A DNA stretch of 63,906 nt, filler included, from Folioceros fuciformis (GCA_049999805.1; 13 parts of 13 records of this genome joined end to end with filler, not necessarily neighbours in it), one strand, 5' to 3'; counted from the whole stretch's first letter, positions 24,164 through 36,892 are shown. The notes: generated by a model from the letters alone, not told the origin. Made by a program: numbers and translations.

Positions 24164-26210
24164 ATGGAGACACGTCTTCTCAAAACTCGTGTGGTGGAGA
24201 AGTTTGGCGGGAAGAACTTCACCTTATGGAAGCTGAAGATGAAGATGCTTCTTATCAAGGAGGGAGTATGGAAGTTCGTGGACAAGGGTCTCGATGTTGC
24301 ACCCAGTGGAAAAGACCTTGACAAAGATGGACGAGCGTTGGCAATAATCTTGTTGAATGTCTCAGATGACGTTCTCTCTCAATTGAGCGAATGCGCAACG
24401 TCACAAGAAGCTTGGATCACCCTTTGCATACATACGAAAAGAAAAGTATGGTAAGTTCGATGATGTTGGAACAACAATTTGCAAACTTCACGATGGCTAC
24501 AGGCGACACCGTCCAGCAACACGTCAACAAGTTAAAGACCTTAGTGGACAAGATGAAGGCGATGGACATCAAACTGATTGAGGAAAGGATCCTCGTAGTG
24601 TTGTTGTGTAGCTTACCAGCAACCTACAAGCCATTTGTGTCAGCCTTTCAGGACAACGGTTGCGATGCGTTCAAGTGAGAAGCAGGTGTCATTGGATGAG
24701 GTGGTCAGATTGCTTCTGCAGGAAGAATAAGAGTTTTCAAACAAGAAAGAGAAAACTAATGACGCCGTTCTTTTCACCAAGAAAGGCAAAGCAAAGGCGA
24801 AGTTGAAGTCTAAGGACGAGTCCAAGTCTACATATGAGAAGAAGAAGGATGGTACGAGCCGTACGATGAAAGGATCTTGCTATTATTGCAGGAAGCCAGG
24901 TCATCACGCCAAAGAATGTAGAACCAGGTTGGCAGACGAGTCGAAGAAGGAGAAATCCTCTCAAGCCAATCAAGTGAGTTAGCAACCTCAGCAGGAACAA
25001 TCTTTTGTGGCTAGCAATGGAGCTACTTCATCGACAAAGGACGAGAGTCTTTATCTTGGCTCTGGTGCATCTCAACACTTCAGTTACAACCTTCCAGGGT
25101 TTACTGGCTACACTAGACTCCCTAAGGGCCATATAGTGGCACTCGGTGACAATACATCACATGATATCGAGGGGAAAGGAGTCTTACACATTCAGTTGCA
25201 CGACGGCAACCCCGCGCATATTGAAATGTGCATCATGTACCTAATCTTGCGAGGAATCTTCTTTCTGTTGCGCGGATTGCAGATGCAGGTCATGAAATAG
25301 TCTTCAACTCCGCAGGCTGTGTCGCATTCAACCTGTACAGCCTGAACCGTCGCACGTGGTTGCTCGTGGTGTTCATGTGGGGAATCTATACAAACTTTGT
25401 GCTTCAATGAGAGAGCAAGCTTGTACATTTCTAGCCAGTTCAAACAATCACATTGGATCTATCGATTTATGGCATCAGCGTATGGGCCATATCGGATTGG
25501 ACAAACTCAAGCAGATGATGACTCATGACATGGTGACAGGATTGGATTTGAAGGAGGTTACTGCAACACAGTTGTGTCCAGGATGTCAGATGGGGAAGCT
25601 AAATCGTACGAAGTTTCCTAAAACTGCGACACATCGTGCGCAGAAGGCGCTGGAACTAGTCCACACTGACATGAGCGGGCCCATGCGGAGCCCTACAAAG
25701 GGTGGGAATCGCTACATGCTCATCTTTGTTGATGATTTTACCAGGAAGACGTGGGCCTACCTTTTTAAAGAGAAATCTCAGGTATTCCAGACTTTTAAGG
25801 AGTGGAAGAAACTAGTGGAGACCGAACATGGCGAACGCCTTAAGATGCTTCGGAGCGATAATGGAGGAGAATATGTTTCTTCTCAGTTCCAAATTTTTTG
25901 AAAGGAGAATGGAATCAAACGGCAACTCACGATTCCGCACACCCCGCAGCAAAATAGAGTCGCGGAGCGGAAGATACAGAGCCTTGTAGAAGCAGCCAAG
26001 TGCATGTTGTTTCACAGCGGCTTGCATGTCAATTTTTGGGGAGAGGCTGTCATGACAGCAACCTATGTGTTGAACAGAGTTCCGACAAAGGCCATACGTA
26101 GTATGACACCAGAGGAAGCTTGGTCTAGTCTAAAACCTGATATTCGACATGTGAGGGTGTTCGGTTGCACGGTCTACGCTCGTATCCCGAAGGAGAGACG
26201 GACCAAATTG
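24164..26210 (+). mobile_element. gag-pol: Ty1/copia gag, protease and integrase, degenerate
   Basis: [73 protein letters not shown]. Confidence 0.93.
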
Positions 26211-26572
26211 AGTGTTTGTCAAAGTTCAAGGAATACAAGGCACTTGTGGAGAATTAGATTGGTAAGCAAATCAAGGTTTTGAGGAGTGACAATGGTGGGG
26301 AATACATATCTAAGGATTTTGAGGCTTTTTGCAAGGAGCACGGAATTATGCATCAATTCTCAGCTCCTTATAGCCCTCAACAAAATGGGGTTGCAGAACG
26401 CAAAAACTTATAGGACTTTGGTGGAGTGCGCTAGAAGTATGCTTCATCACCAACAAATGGGCTAAGAGTTTTGGGGTGAGGCTATTGCAACTGCTGTATA
26501 TCTTAATAACCGATGCATAACTACGTCATTGGAGGGTGTTACTCCCGAGGAGTGTTGGTCAGGAAGAAAGCC
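26211..26572 (+). mobile_element. Inserted integrase-core fragment from a different copia family
   Basis: [41 protein letters not shown] closely matches the element at 10936-12312. Confidence 0.85.
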
Positions 26573-26638
26573 TTGAGTGTCAACTGCGTCGTGTTTATGT
26601 ATGCTAGCATTGCTCCAATTTCTTTTTGTACACTTATG

Positions 26639-26929
26639 TTAGTGCATTGTCTTTCTTTATGTCTTCAACCAAAAGTGCACATCATATTCCATGATCATAC
26701 ATTTCCAATTTTCATAAATCCCTTCTACAACAACATAATCCTTTTCACCCTCCTTGCATGCACCACTTTTGTAAACTTTGCTTAGTGCATTGCTTTTCTT
26801 TATGTCTTCAACCAACGGATGCATATCATATTCTATGATCATATATTTACAATTTTCATAAATCCCTTCTACAACAACAATAAAATCTTTCTCTCTCTCC
26901 TTTCATGCATCACTTTTATAAACTTTGCC
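26639..26929. repeat. Tandem duplication of a ~143-bp unit (2 copies)
   Basis: TTAGTGCATTG...AAACTTTGC at 26639 and 26782. Confidence 0.88.
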
Positions 26930-27475
26930 TCAAGTCTTACATACGATCTAGGCCATTCATGAATGCTACATGGATTGTTTGGTTCTTCGTCACTCGAAAA
27001 ACCCTTTAGGGACTTCCTAGTAAATTCCTCGTCCTATATCTCTGAAAATTTCCACAAGGCATATCCATATATGCTTGCTTGCCTAGGTAGGCTACTATCT
27101 CCTTCAAAACCCTTGGGACATTCATGAGATATGTGCCAATGGGGAGATCATACTTGAATATTGCTATGCCTAGCAAATATTTTGACTAAGAGCTTACCTT
27201 GTGACAAACAAGTGTTATGTGCTACCCTCCTTGCAGTCCATGCATTATCTTATGAGAATTGTTTACACCTCTTAGCTAAGATATATCTAGTGTGAGCAGA
27301 AGTAGTGGAATAGATGATGAGTAGAGGATTAGGAGACTCAACCAAGAGTTAGGCACCCCTTCCGAGCATTAGCATTTAAGCCCTTGTACACCAGCCCCAT
27401 CAATTCAATTCTCACTTGTTCCCCTTTGCATGTAGACCTAATTTCTGCTATAAACCTTGCTTGGAACCAACCTGG

Positions 27476-28001
27476 TAACGGGGAATTGTCCACGCGCAAT
27501 TGCAGAGTGTCCATGGCTGGCTGGCTCAAACGCGAAACAATCAAGAGCTAGCTGGCTAGCTATTTGGCTCGCTTGTACCGTGGTGGGGAACTGTCGTGGG
27601 AAAGAATCCTGACCACATTCAGACCGTGCTACTTGCCGTGACTTCGAAGGGAAAGCTGTCCACTGGGACTTCGACCCTTCTACTTGCCAGTCGCAAGTGA
27701 GTGAGGGCGGGGCCGGGCTGCATTATTGTATCCTGGAAAGGGGGTGGAATCGAATCTTTTGCGATTACACTGCACTGGGATTCCTCGAAATCATGTGAAG
27801 GTGCCGTTCATGGTGCCGTGGAAACGGGGTATGAGGACTGCCTCATCGCTCATTCATTGGTAGGTGGTACATCGCAGATAACACTTGGTGGCTGGGCATC
27901 ATGATTTTCCACTCGTGCACGCCGTTGAGGGCAGCATGATGTCCATCTTGAAACAGTAGACGCCGTCTGAGCGCCGTGTGGTCAATCCTTCCCAGCTCCT
28001 C
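27476..28001. repeat. ~520-bp dispersed direct repeat, copy 2
   Basis: Nearly identical to 22999-23515, with a small insertion near 27692. Confidence 0.93.
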
Positions 28002-28149
28002 ATGCAGACCAGGGATACTAGCTCCTCAGCACGGGAGCACGGTGTGGTGCTGGTGCTGGTGCTCGCGAGTGCGAGGCCGGGCCGGGAGCTATCCCGCCCG
28101 GGAGCTCGGCGCCGCCTGGCTGGTAGGCAGCCCCCTGCCTGCTAGCCGG

Positions 28150-28625
28150 CAGCCCGGCCGGCGGCGCTAGGCGGGGCCAGGCCCGGCAGGGAGAGCGGGG
28201 CCGGGGACTGGGAGTGAGCCCGGCCGGCAGCGCGGGGCCGGGGGCTGGGACACAGCCCGGCCGGCAGCGCGGGCCGGGGGGTAGGATTCAGCCCGGCCGG
28301 CAGCATAGGCCGGGGTCTGGGAGGAATCTCGCCGGGCAACGCGGGCCGGGGGCTAGGATCCAGCCCTGCCAGAGCGCAGGCCGGGGGATGGGATCCAGCC
28401 GTGCCAGGAGCACTGGCGGGGCTGGGATCCAGCCCTGCCAGGAGCAGGGATGCGGGCAGGGCTGCCAACCCTGCCAGGACCGCGGGCCGAGTATAGGAGC
28501 CAGCCGGGCCAAGACCGCGAGCTCCGGCTGGGAGGCAGCCCGGCCAGGGGCGCGGTCTGGTGGCTGGCAGGCAGCTCTGCCAGGAGTGCAGGCAGGGCTG
28601 GGATTCAGGCCTGCCAGGAGCACGG
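28150..28625. repeat. Very GC-rich degenerate minisatellite, ~35-37-bp unit
   Basis: AGCCCGGCCGGCAGC..GGCCGGGG..GGGATCC variants at about 28217, 28254, 28290, 28362, 28397 and 28431. Confidence 0.8.
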
Positions 28626-28627
28626 GT

Positions 28628-28821
28628 TAACGGGGATTGCGGTAGCGGGATTGAGTGCAGGGCGGTAGGATGATCGGTGGTAACGGGGAGTGCGGTAGCG
28701 GGATTGAGTGCAGGGCGGTAGGATGATCGGTGGTAACGGGGATTGTGGTGGGAACGAGGATTGCGGTAGCGGGATTGAGTGCAGGGTGGTAGGATGATCG
28801 GTGGTAGCGGGATTGAGTGCA
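28628..28821. repeat. 53-bp minisatellite, ~3.5 copies
   Basis: TAACGGGG..GCGGTAGCGGGATTGAGTGCAGGG.GGTAGGATGATCGGTGG at 28628, 28681 and 28734. Confidence 0.88.
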
Positions 28822-28830
28822 AGGCGGCAG

Positions 28831-29000
28831 GCGAATTTACATAGGGTGGTAGTCCAAGGCTGTGGGTGGCGAATGGCTGTGGGTGGCGAATTTACATAGG
28901 TGGTAGTCCAAGGCGGTGGGTGGCAAATTTATATAGGGTGGTAGTCCAAGGCTTGTGGGTGGAGAATTTACATAGGGTGTAGTTTAAGGCTTGTGGGTGA
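28831..29000. repeat. ~38-bp minisatellite, ~4 copies
   Basis: GAATTTACATAGGGTGGTAGTCCAAGGCTGTGGGTGGC variants. Confidence 0.85.
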
Positions 29001-29369
29001 AGAATGTACAAACTGTGGTTGTGGTTGCAAGGATGTGTTTGAACCAGTCGGGGACCGAAGGTCATGGATTGCGAAGCCCTCCCCATTGGGAACTCTCGAA
29101 TGCGGGGTGGCAATCTAAGTATGTGGGCAGCAAACTCCAAACATTGTGGTCACGGAATTGTGGGCTTACGGAATTTCGGGCTTGGGCTTGGTGGACTGTG
29201 GGGGTTCGAGCTACAAGATGGATTCTCTTGTCCCATCTAGGACGTGGAATTTTCTTGTGCGTTGGATTTTCTTATGCTATCCAGGAATTCTGGATATGCC
29301 GCCTGCTGAGTTCAAGGCAAGTAATTCATGACCCTATGCGATTGAGCAGGATCTCTCATTTATAGGTTC

Positions 29370-29957
29370 TCCATCATGCTCTGAGTCACAAGCCTCAATA
29401 TCCATCATGCTATAAGTCACAAGCCCCAATATCCATCATGCTCTGAGTCACAAGCCTCAATATCCATCATGCTGTAAGTCACAAGCCCCAATATCCATCA
29501 TGCTCTGAGTCAAAAGCCCCAATATTCATCATGCTCTGAGTCACAAGCCTCAATATCCATCATGCTCTGAGTCACAAGCCTCAATATCCATCATGCTATG
29601 AGTCACAAGCCCCAATATCCATCATGCTCTGAGTCAAAAGCCCCAATATTCATCATGCTCTGAGTCACAAGCCTCAATATCCATCATGCTCTGAGTCACA
29701 AGCCTCAATATCCATCATGCTATGAGTCACAAGCCCCAATATCCATCATGCTCTGAGTCATAAGTTGTAATATCCATCATCATGCTGTGAGACACAAGTC
29801 CCAATATCCATCATGCTATGAGTCACAAGCCACAATATCCATCATGCTCTAAGTCACAAGCCCCGATATCCATCATGCTCTGAGTCACAAGCCGCAATAT
29901 CCATCATGCTCTGAGTCACAAGCCCCGATATCCATCATGCTCTGAGTCACAAGCCCC
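29370..29957. repeat. 31-bp minisatellite, ~19 copies
   Basis: TCCATCATGCTCTGAGTCACAAGCCCCAATA, head to tail with no spacers. Confidence 0.97.
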
Positions 29958-29968
29958 ATGTGTATATG

Positions 29969-30361
29969 GTGGAATTCCCAACAATACAAGCAAGTGCATG
30001 CAATGGAATTCCCAATAATACAAGCAAGTGCTTGCAGTGGAATTCCCAATAATATAGGCAAGTGCATGCAGTGGAATTCCCAATAATATAGGCAAGTGCA
30101 TGCAGTGGAATTCCCAATAATACAGGCAAGTGCATATAGTGGAATTCCCAATAATACAGGCAAGTGCATATAGTGGAATTCCCAATAATACAGGCAAGTG
30201 CATACAATGGAATTCCTAGTAATACAAGCAAGTGTATACAGTGGAATTCTCAATAATACAAGCCAGTGCATACAGTGGAATTCCCAATAATACAAGCAAG
30301 TATATACAGTGGAATTCCCAATAATACAGGCAAGTACATACAGTGGAATTCCCAATAATAC
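29969..30361. repeat. 34-bp minisatellite, ~11.5 copies
   Basis: GTGGAATTCCCAATAATACARGCAAGTGCATRCA, head to tail. Confidence 0.97.
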
Positions 30362-30819
30362 GAGCTGATATCACGCAAAATAGGTACTAGATTAAGTCTA
30401 TCCAGAAGCAGCTGCCAACATTTGTTCCCAAGCTTCATCTCCCTCAAATTCAATCGAATCTATGGGAACATCACCAGGAACAGATGAATTGCCTTCAAAA
30501 TGACTTGTCCATAACTTATATGCCCAAGACGGACACCCCGAAATTATTCTAGGGCATTATGGACTTTGTGAAGAAGGAGTTATTGGCCGATTGTATGCTC
30601 AACAAGGATGTCCCTATATTACAAGATGACATCATGCAAAGAGCCTCCACCTCTGTGGATGCCAAATGCGCAGCTTTAAAGCAATTTGTGCACGAAGAAC
30701 TCAAGACAATGACTTGCAGACTGGCGGTCTTAAAGCTTGAAGTTGCAGATCCTTAAGGCTTGAAGTTGCAGATCCCTAGAGCGATTGAGGCGCTCACTTA
30801 ACCTTCGGATAATAGGTTT

Positions 30820-31262
30820 GCAAGGTTCAGGAACTCCACGACAGGTCGTATCTGACTTCCTCGCCACAAAGCTTCATCTCCTTGAGGTTTCTTTCCAGAA
30901 TGCTTGGTTGGTTGGGAAGGATCCAGACCACCCCTTGGTTTTTATAATTCGTTTGTGTCAATAGGATCGACTCCAGTCTATGTGCAAGTGTAGGAGAGGA
31001 GAGAAGAGAAGAGAAGAGAGGGTGGTATTGGTGGTCACAACCAAAAACAATACACATCACCACTGTCTTACTATGGAGGTCCGAGGTCCTTATTTAAGTA
31101 GTACATTTAAGGCTACACAACTTCCAGGTTCAATATGGAATAATCTACACTATCCTAAGTTCACTAATAACTAGAACTAGTCTAGTATGAACCTAAGCGG
31201 GATAACTAATACCACATGAGTTTAGCTTATATAGAGCTCGATAACTCAACACTCCCCCTCAA
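30820..31262 (-). mobile_element. PPT (31252-31260) and 3' LTR of a copia (left edge uncertain)
   Basis: Minus strand GAGGGGGAG-TGTTGAG directly after the pol stop; TATA-like CTTAAATAAG at ~31095. Confidence 0.75.
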
Positions 31263-31264
31263 GC

Positions 31265-34200
31265 TCAACATAGCATCTGTATGCCTAACATAGCTCGGAA
31301 TTTCTTCAACTTCTCTGCTCCCATTGGCTTAGTAAATATATTGGCTATCTGCTCGTCTGCGTTGACATACACAAGATCAATAGCTCCAGATAAAATCCTT
31401 TCTCGAAGAAAATGATAATGTACCTCAATGTGTTTTGTCTTGGCATGAAACACTGGGTTCCTTGCCAACTGTATGCTGCTAAGATTGTCACAGTAGATAA
31501 CAACCTTGTCATTGACCTGCAACCCAAAATCTCCGAGTAACTTACAAATCCAAGTCACTTCACACGCTGCCATTGCTGCGCCTTTGTATTCAACTTCTGT
31601 ACTAGACAAAGCCATTGTAGGCTGCTTCTTGCTACTCCATGTTATTGCTGCACTCCCAAGTGAAAATATGAATCCACTTGTAGATCTACGATCCGTAACA
31701 CTGCCTGCCCAATCTGCATTTGTGTACCCACACAAGATTATTTCTGAATTTGCAGCATAAAAGAGAGCATGATTCATAGTTGCCTTCACATAGCGCAACG
31801 TTCGCCTTACTGCATCCAAATGTGGCTTTCTTGGCACCTGCAGAAATTGACTCTGTAGTCCTACTGAATAGTTTAAATCTGGTATGGATAGAGTGAGATA
31901 TATCAAGCTACCCACAATCTTCCTATACACTATTGGATCTTCAAGTGCTTCACCATCATGAGCAATGAGCTTCAGATTTTGATCCAAAGGAATCGAGATT
32001 GGCTTGAACTCAACCATACCATACTTAGTTAGTACATTTGACGCATACTTCCGCTGTGACAGCCAAATGCCTGTGTTGGTTCGTATAATTTCAATGCCCA
32101 AGAAGAATTTCAGTTCACCTAGGTCCGTCATGTTGAACTCTTGTTGCAGAAGTTCCTTGATCTGCTCCACTTGATCTAACTGATTACCTCCAATGATTAG
32201 ATCATCCACATAAATGATCACAAAGACCAGTGCTTTTGTACTTCTGCACACATACAACGAATGATCCGCATCTGCCATGTTGAATCCGATGTGAATCAGA
32301 TGCTGACCAAGACGCCCATGCCAAGCCCTCGGGGCTTGCTTCAGTCCGTACAATGTTTTTTTCAGCTTGCACACATGATTTGGATGATCCAAATCCTCAT
32401 AACCTGGTGGCTGGTCCATGTATACTTCTTCCAGCAATTCTTCATGTAAGAACACATTCTTCACATCCATATGATGTAGGACCCAACCTTTCGATGCTGC
32501 TAGTGCGATCACGGTTCGAATTGTTGCCATTTTGGCAACTGGACTAAATGTCTCTTCAAAATCTATTCCATATGTCTGGGCATATCCCTTGACCACAAGC
32601 CTTGACTTGTACCTGCTGACACTACCATCTGCGTTGTGTTTAGCCTTGTACACCCATTTGCAACCTATTGGTTTCTTGCCTTCAGGTAGTTGTACTAGGT
32701 CCCATGTTGCATGCTGATCTAATGCATTCATTTCTTCATCCATGGCATGTTCCCACTTTGTGTCTCCAATAGCTTCTGCAAAGCATCTTGGTTCCACATC
32801 CTGCACAACCTTTGCCATATAGGCACGGTGCCTAGCTACATAGCTATCATAGGTCAACTACTGTATTGGAACCTTCTGCCTTCCAAATCTCCATGGGATT
32901 GAACCACTTCCAAGAGCTAATTGAACCTCTTTTGCACCGGGAGTTTTGATTTTCAATACACCGAATTCCTCATCCAAGCTCTGCTCAGAGTTGCTTGAAT
33001 CACCTGCACCTGCACTCAGGTCTGGCATCTTTGATTTCTGGATTTTTTCCTTCCCTTTGTGAGAGACAGCTGTGGAGCTCGTAGGGCTCACACTACTTCG
33101 CAACCTGCCACTCCATGGACTCTGAACATTTGTCGAGTTTGATGACGCTTGCGGTCCACTCAACACTTGTGATTGTTGACTTGCATTGCTTGTTACCTCA
33201 GTTTCATGCACATCAGCTACACTACTTGCTTGTACTTCAAAGTACCAGCTAGCCATTTCATCAAAGACTACGTCTCTGCTTACTCTCATAGCTCGTATAC
33301 TGGGATTGTAGCACCTGTATCCTTTCTGTGTAGCAGAATACCCAATGAAGACACTTTTCTTTAAGTGTGACAAGTCAGGTTTCTTCCCTATGAACTTCTC
33401 CTCCGATGTTACATTGTGCACCGCTGGTATGGGAGTTTTGTTCATGATGTACACTGCTGTGTTTACAGCTTCAGCCCAATAGTAGTGAGGCATCTTCTTC
33501 TCTGTCATCAATGCTCTCGCCACTTCTGCTATATGCCAGTTCTTGCGCTCTGCAACTCCATTTTGTTGTGGCGTATAACGACATGAGTACTGCCGTTGAA
33601 TGACCTGTTCAGATAAGAATTTGCTGAACTCTCTAGAGAAGTACTCTCCCCCTCCATCAGATCTTAGGCATTTAATGTGCGTACCTATCTGCTTTTCAAC
33701 CATCGCCTTGAAAGTATGAAAATGAGTGATCACTTCACTTTTTTCTTTCATGAAATAGACCCACACCTTCCTTGTGTGGTCCTCAATGAAGGTCCCATAG
33801 TTGACATGCTTCACATACACCTTGCAGCCTAGTTTCTGTAAGCTTAGGTATGCCTGTGACAACCTTCTGATGTTGCATGGACTTCAACTTTTGCACATTT
33901 ACATGTCCAATGCGTTTGTGCCACATCTCTAGGTCTGTCACTACCCTTGTACCCTTCGCAAACATGGCTGACTTCAGCTTAGGAACCTCCACGTTCAAGG
34001 TGAACATCCATCCAACCTTCTGTCCTTGAGCAATCAGGCGACCGCCTTTCTTGCACTCTTCAACAAAGAGTCCTACAGGTGTAAACCTAACCTACAGTCC
34101 TTGCTCAACCATCTGCCCAACTGACACCAAGTTCTTTGTGATGTTGGGAACGTGAAGAACATCTACCAAGCACTTCACTTTGCCATCCTGCATCTTTAGA

Positions 34201-34740
34201 GGTACAGTTCATGTATGCACAATTGCATGTGTCGTGTCATCTCCAGTTTCCACATATCCAGGTTTGTCAAGCACTTGCATTTCTTTGAACCACTCCCCAT
34301 GGCATGTCATGTCGTTTGAAGCTCCTGAGTCCACATACCACACAATCTCACAATTGGTGGATCCATTAGCAGACACAGAGTTAAGCATATGCTGCATGAC
34401 AAACAAGTTGTCTGAGTTCTTTTGACTGCTACTAGAGGCATAATTGTTCTGCTGCCTCCTATTGCCTTGATTTCTCCTTGGACAGTCTCTTTCAAAGTGG
34501 TCTAACCTACCACAAGTCCAGCAACCACTATTGTTTGCATTTGCATCATTTTGTTGTTGATTTCCACGTCCTCTTTGACTCCCCCAGCCTCGAGAATTTT
34601 CTCCTCTTCCACATGTACTCTTGTACTGGGACTCCTGATTCTGTTGCTGATTTTGGTAGGAATTTTGACCTCTACCACCTCTTTGCCCTCTGCCACCTTG
34701 GGCTCTACCTCTGCCTTTGCCAGAGTAGAAGGCCTGCTCA
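31265..34740 (-). mobile_element. pol: Ty1/copia gag end, protease, integrase, RT and RNase H
   Basis: WYVDSGASN, WHKRIGH, LRSDGGGEY, CKWVYKAK, YGLKQAPRAW, YVDDL, ADWAG, YCDNLS, KHIEVHYHF. RT-RH is open for 530 aa; there are deletions in integrase. Confidence 0.97.
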
Positions 34741-34840
34741 NNNNNNNNNNNNNNNNNNNNNNNNNNNNNNNNNNNNNNNNNNNNTTAATTAATTAANNNN
34801 NNNNNNNNNNNNNNNNNNNNNNNNNNNNNNNNNNNNNNNN

Positions 34841-36106
34841 TGTACATGTTGGTGTCTGCAGTATTCTGAGTGAAGTTGATGCTCAGCAGGTACTCGTGCA
34901 TAGTGAGGTACCATACTCTCCCACTCTATTTCAGCCCGTAGATACACTTCAATAGCCTTAACACCTTGTGTGGGTGTGTAGGGTCTTGGTAGGCTTCGAG
35001 TTGGAGCATGTACAGTTCCTCGTTGAGGGCCCCGTAGAGGAAGGTTGTGCATACGTCCATTTGATGGAGGTCTAGGTCGAATTCTATGGCATAGGCAAGG
35101 ATAAGGTGATTGGACTGGCTGCGAACTACAAGTGAGAACGTTTCTTGGTAGTCCAGCCCCTCCACCTGAGTGAACCCCCTAGCCACTAATCGCGCTTTGA
35201 ATCTAGCAACTTCTCCCTTGGCATTCAGCTTAAGTTTGAATGTCCACTTGCAGGATATAGCCTTCCTGCCAGGTGGGAGGTCGACGAGGGTCAAGGTATT
35301 ATTCTTGACTAGAGATTTGTATTCGTCCTCAACTGGTGACCGCCGCCACTGCTCGCACTCAGGGCTACTGAATTCCTAAGTGAGTGTGGTGGGTTCTGTA
35401 GGTAGGAGAGGGCCTGGGTTGAGCCCAGGGACAACATGTGTCCTGAAGTCAGTGGAGGCATAAGGTGGCTCCCTCCATTCAGATGGGGGAGGTCTGTGGC
35501 GTGTGGAGCGGCGCGGGGGGTCAAGCCCAGGCGCAGGCTCGGCAACCTAAGTTGGAGGCTCAGGGGGGTCAGCTGGCTCAATGCATCGTTGGCCATCCTC
35601 AGGTCAGCTGTCCCCAATTCCCCCTATGTGTCTAATACAGGTTGATGCGGGGCTGCGTCGGGGGCTAAGACAGTGGGATCGGCAGGGGTGTCATCAGGTG
35701 GTGCTGTAACAGGAGGTGGTGCTGCCTGTACAGGTTCATCATCAGTGGGGAAGACGGAGGGTTGGTCGGCAGGCTGGGTGGGATCCACTGAAGGAGGTTC
35801 CCCTAGAGCAGGGCTACAAGGCTCTATGAAGGTAACACTCCGGGCGAGCACAATGCAGTCGGCGTCAGGGTTGTATAACTTATATGCCTTAGAGTGCTCG
35901 CTGTAGCCGACCAGAACGAGTGCCTCTGAGCGGTTGTCGAGCTTGCGTCTTTTCTCTGCAAGGATGTGGGCATAGGAGCGGGATCCGAAGACTTGGAGGT
36001 GCAGGAGGCTGGGCTTCTTGTTCCAGAATACCTCGAAGGGAGTCTTGGTCGGAACAGAACTAGTGATAACGCGGTTGAGGATGTAGGTCGCTGCCACTAT
36101 AGCCTC
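34841..36106 (-). mobile_element. pol: Ty1/copia integrase end and RT start, degenerate
   Basis: YILNR..TPFEVF..VFGS, CKWTFKLK, MDVCTTFL, YGLK*S. Confidence 0.92.
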
Positions 36107-36363
36107 TGCAGATAAATCTAGGATCGATTAGGCAAGAGGGAAAGAGATTTATGCAAAGAATTAATTATATTGTGAGCCTGTGGCTCTTTAAGCGCGGCCA
36201 CGCGACGGTTGGTCGCGTCTCCATGGCATGGATGCCGGTTAGGGTTTGGGGTGCGTCATTTGACGCACCTATTACGATCTACCGTTTCGGGGTTTTTAAT
36301 TTAATTTACCTAATTATGATTTCTACTTAAATATGTGACCTAGCATTTTCTACACTCCCACTT
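36107..36363 (-). mobile_element. 3' LTR (36107-36354) and PPT of the copia at 36930, nested in another copia
   Basis: Minus strand AAGTGGGAG-TGTAGA...TCTGCA; interrupts the host WAEA motif. Confidence 0.8.
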
Positions 36364-36453
36364 AGGAAGCATAACTTGAGGGACGTGTTCGTTGCTGTAG
36401 TTCCGTTGCGGCGCTGGGTTCCCGTTAGGGTTGCCGAAGTTCCGCCGCTGAAG

Positions 36454-36892
36454 ATGAACACTTCGACAGTTCTCGTGCTTGCTCAGTCCGCTGTTCTGGT
36501 GATGCTCGTCGTCCATGCCTTGTGGCGCTCCAAGAGGCCGTGTCAACTTTGCGTTGATTTTTTCTAAGATGCGATCCCTGGAGGATGAGCTTGAGGCTGC
36601 GCACTCGCGCTGGCGGCACACTCAAGAGTACCCACAGCTAGTTCAAGATGCTCCCTTCCGGTATCTCCCCAACTGCTCCGACAAATTCATGTATGCTGGC
36701 AGCGAGTTTGCTGAAGACGGTAGGCTGATACTCCGCTACTATGATTCCTTCTTGCCTTGCCTCCCACTGACTTGCTTTTCCACCCAGATTGCAGCTGACT
36801 TGGCTTGCTTCGTGTTCTTGCAGAACTTTGGTACAAATGCACCACTATCATGCCCTTTCGCCGCTTCAGAGACTGGAGGACTACAAGGTTAG
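36454..36892 (+). pseudogene. Putative antisense ORF in a copia 3' UTR (hydrophobic N-terminus, CxxC), with one frameshift
   Basis: MNTSTVLVLAQSAVLVMLVVHALWRSKRPCQLC, then after a T6 run SKMRSLEDELEAAH..FMYAGSEFAEDGRLILRYYDSF. Confidence 0.35.

Noticed and set aside
22999..28001. The 520-bp direct repeats as LTRs of the enclosed copia
   Set aside because: They have no TG..CA ends, PBS or PPT, and the copia has its own LTR at 23655-23961.
28142..28822. Pro/Ala/Gly-rich ORFs on both strands
   Set aside because: Open frames are expected in GC-rich tandem repeats that lack stop codons.
28150..29000. rDNA intergenic spacer or telomere
   Set aside because: There is no rRNA sequence nearby, and TTAGGG-like words elsewhere in the window are isolated rather than arrayed.
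29370..30361. 31-bp and 34-bp arrays as CRISPR arrays
   Set aside because: Units are head to tail with no unique spacers, there are no cas genes, and the context is eukaryotic.
29885..30453. Cys/Trp-rich repetitive ORFs
   Set aside because: They are translations of the 34-bp minisatellite; the unit is not a multiple of 3 and the same peptide cycles through all frames.
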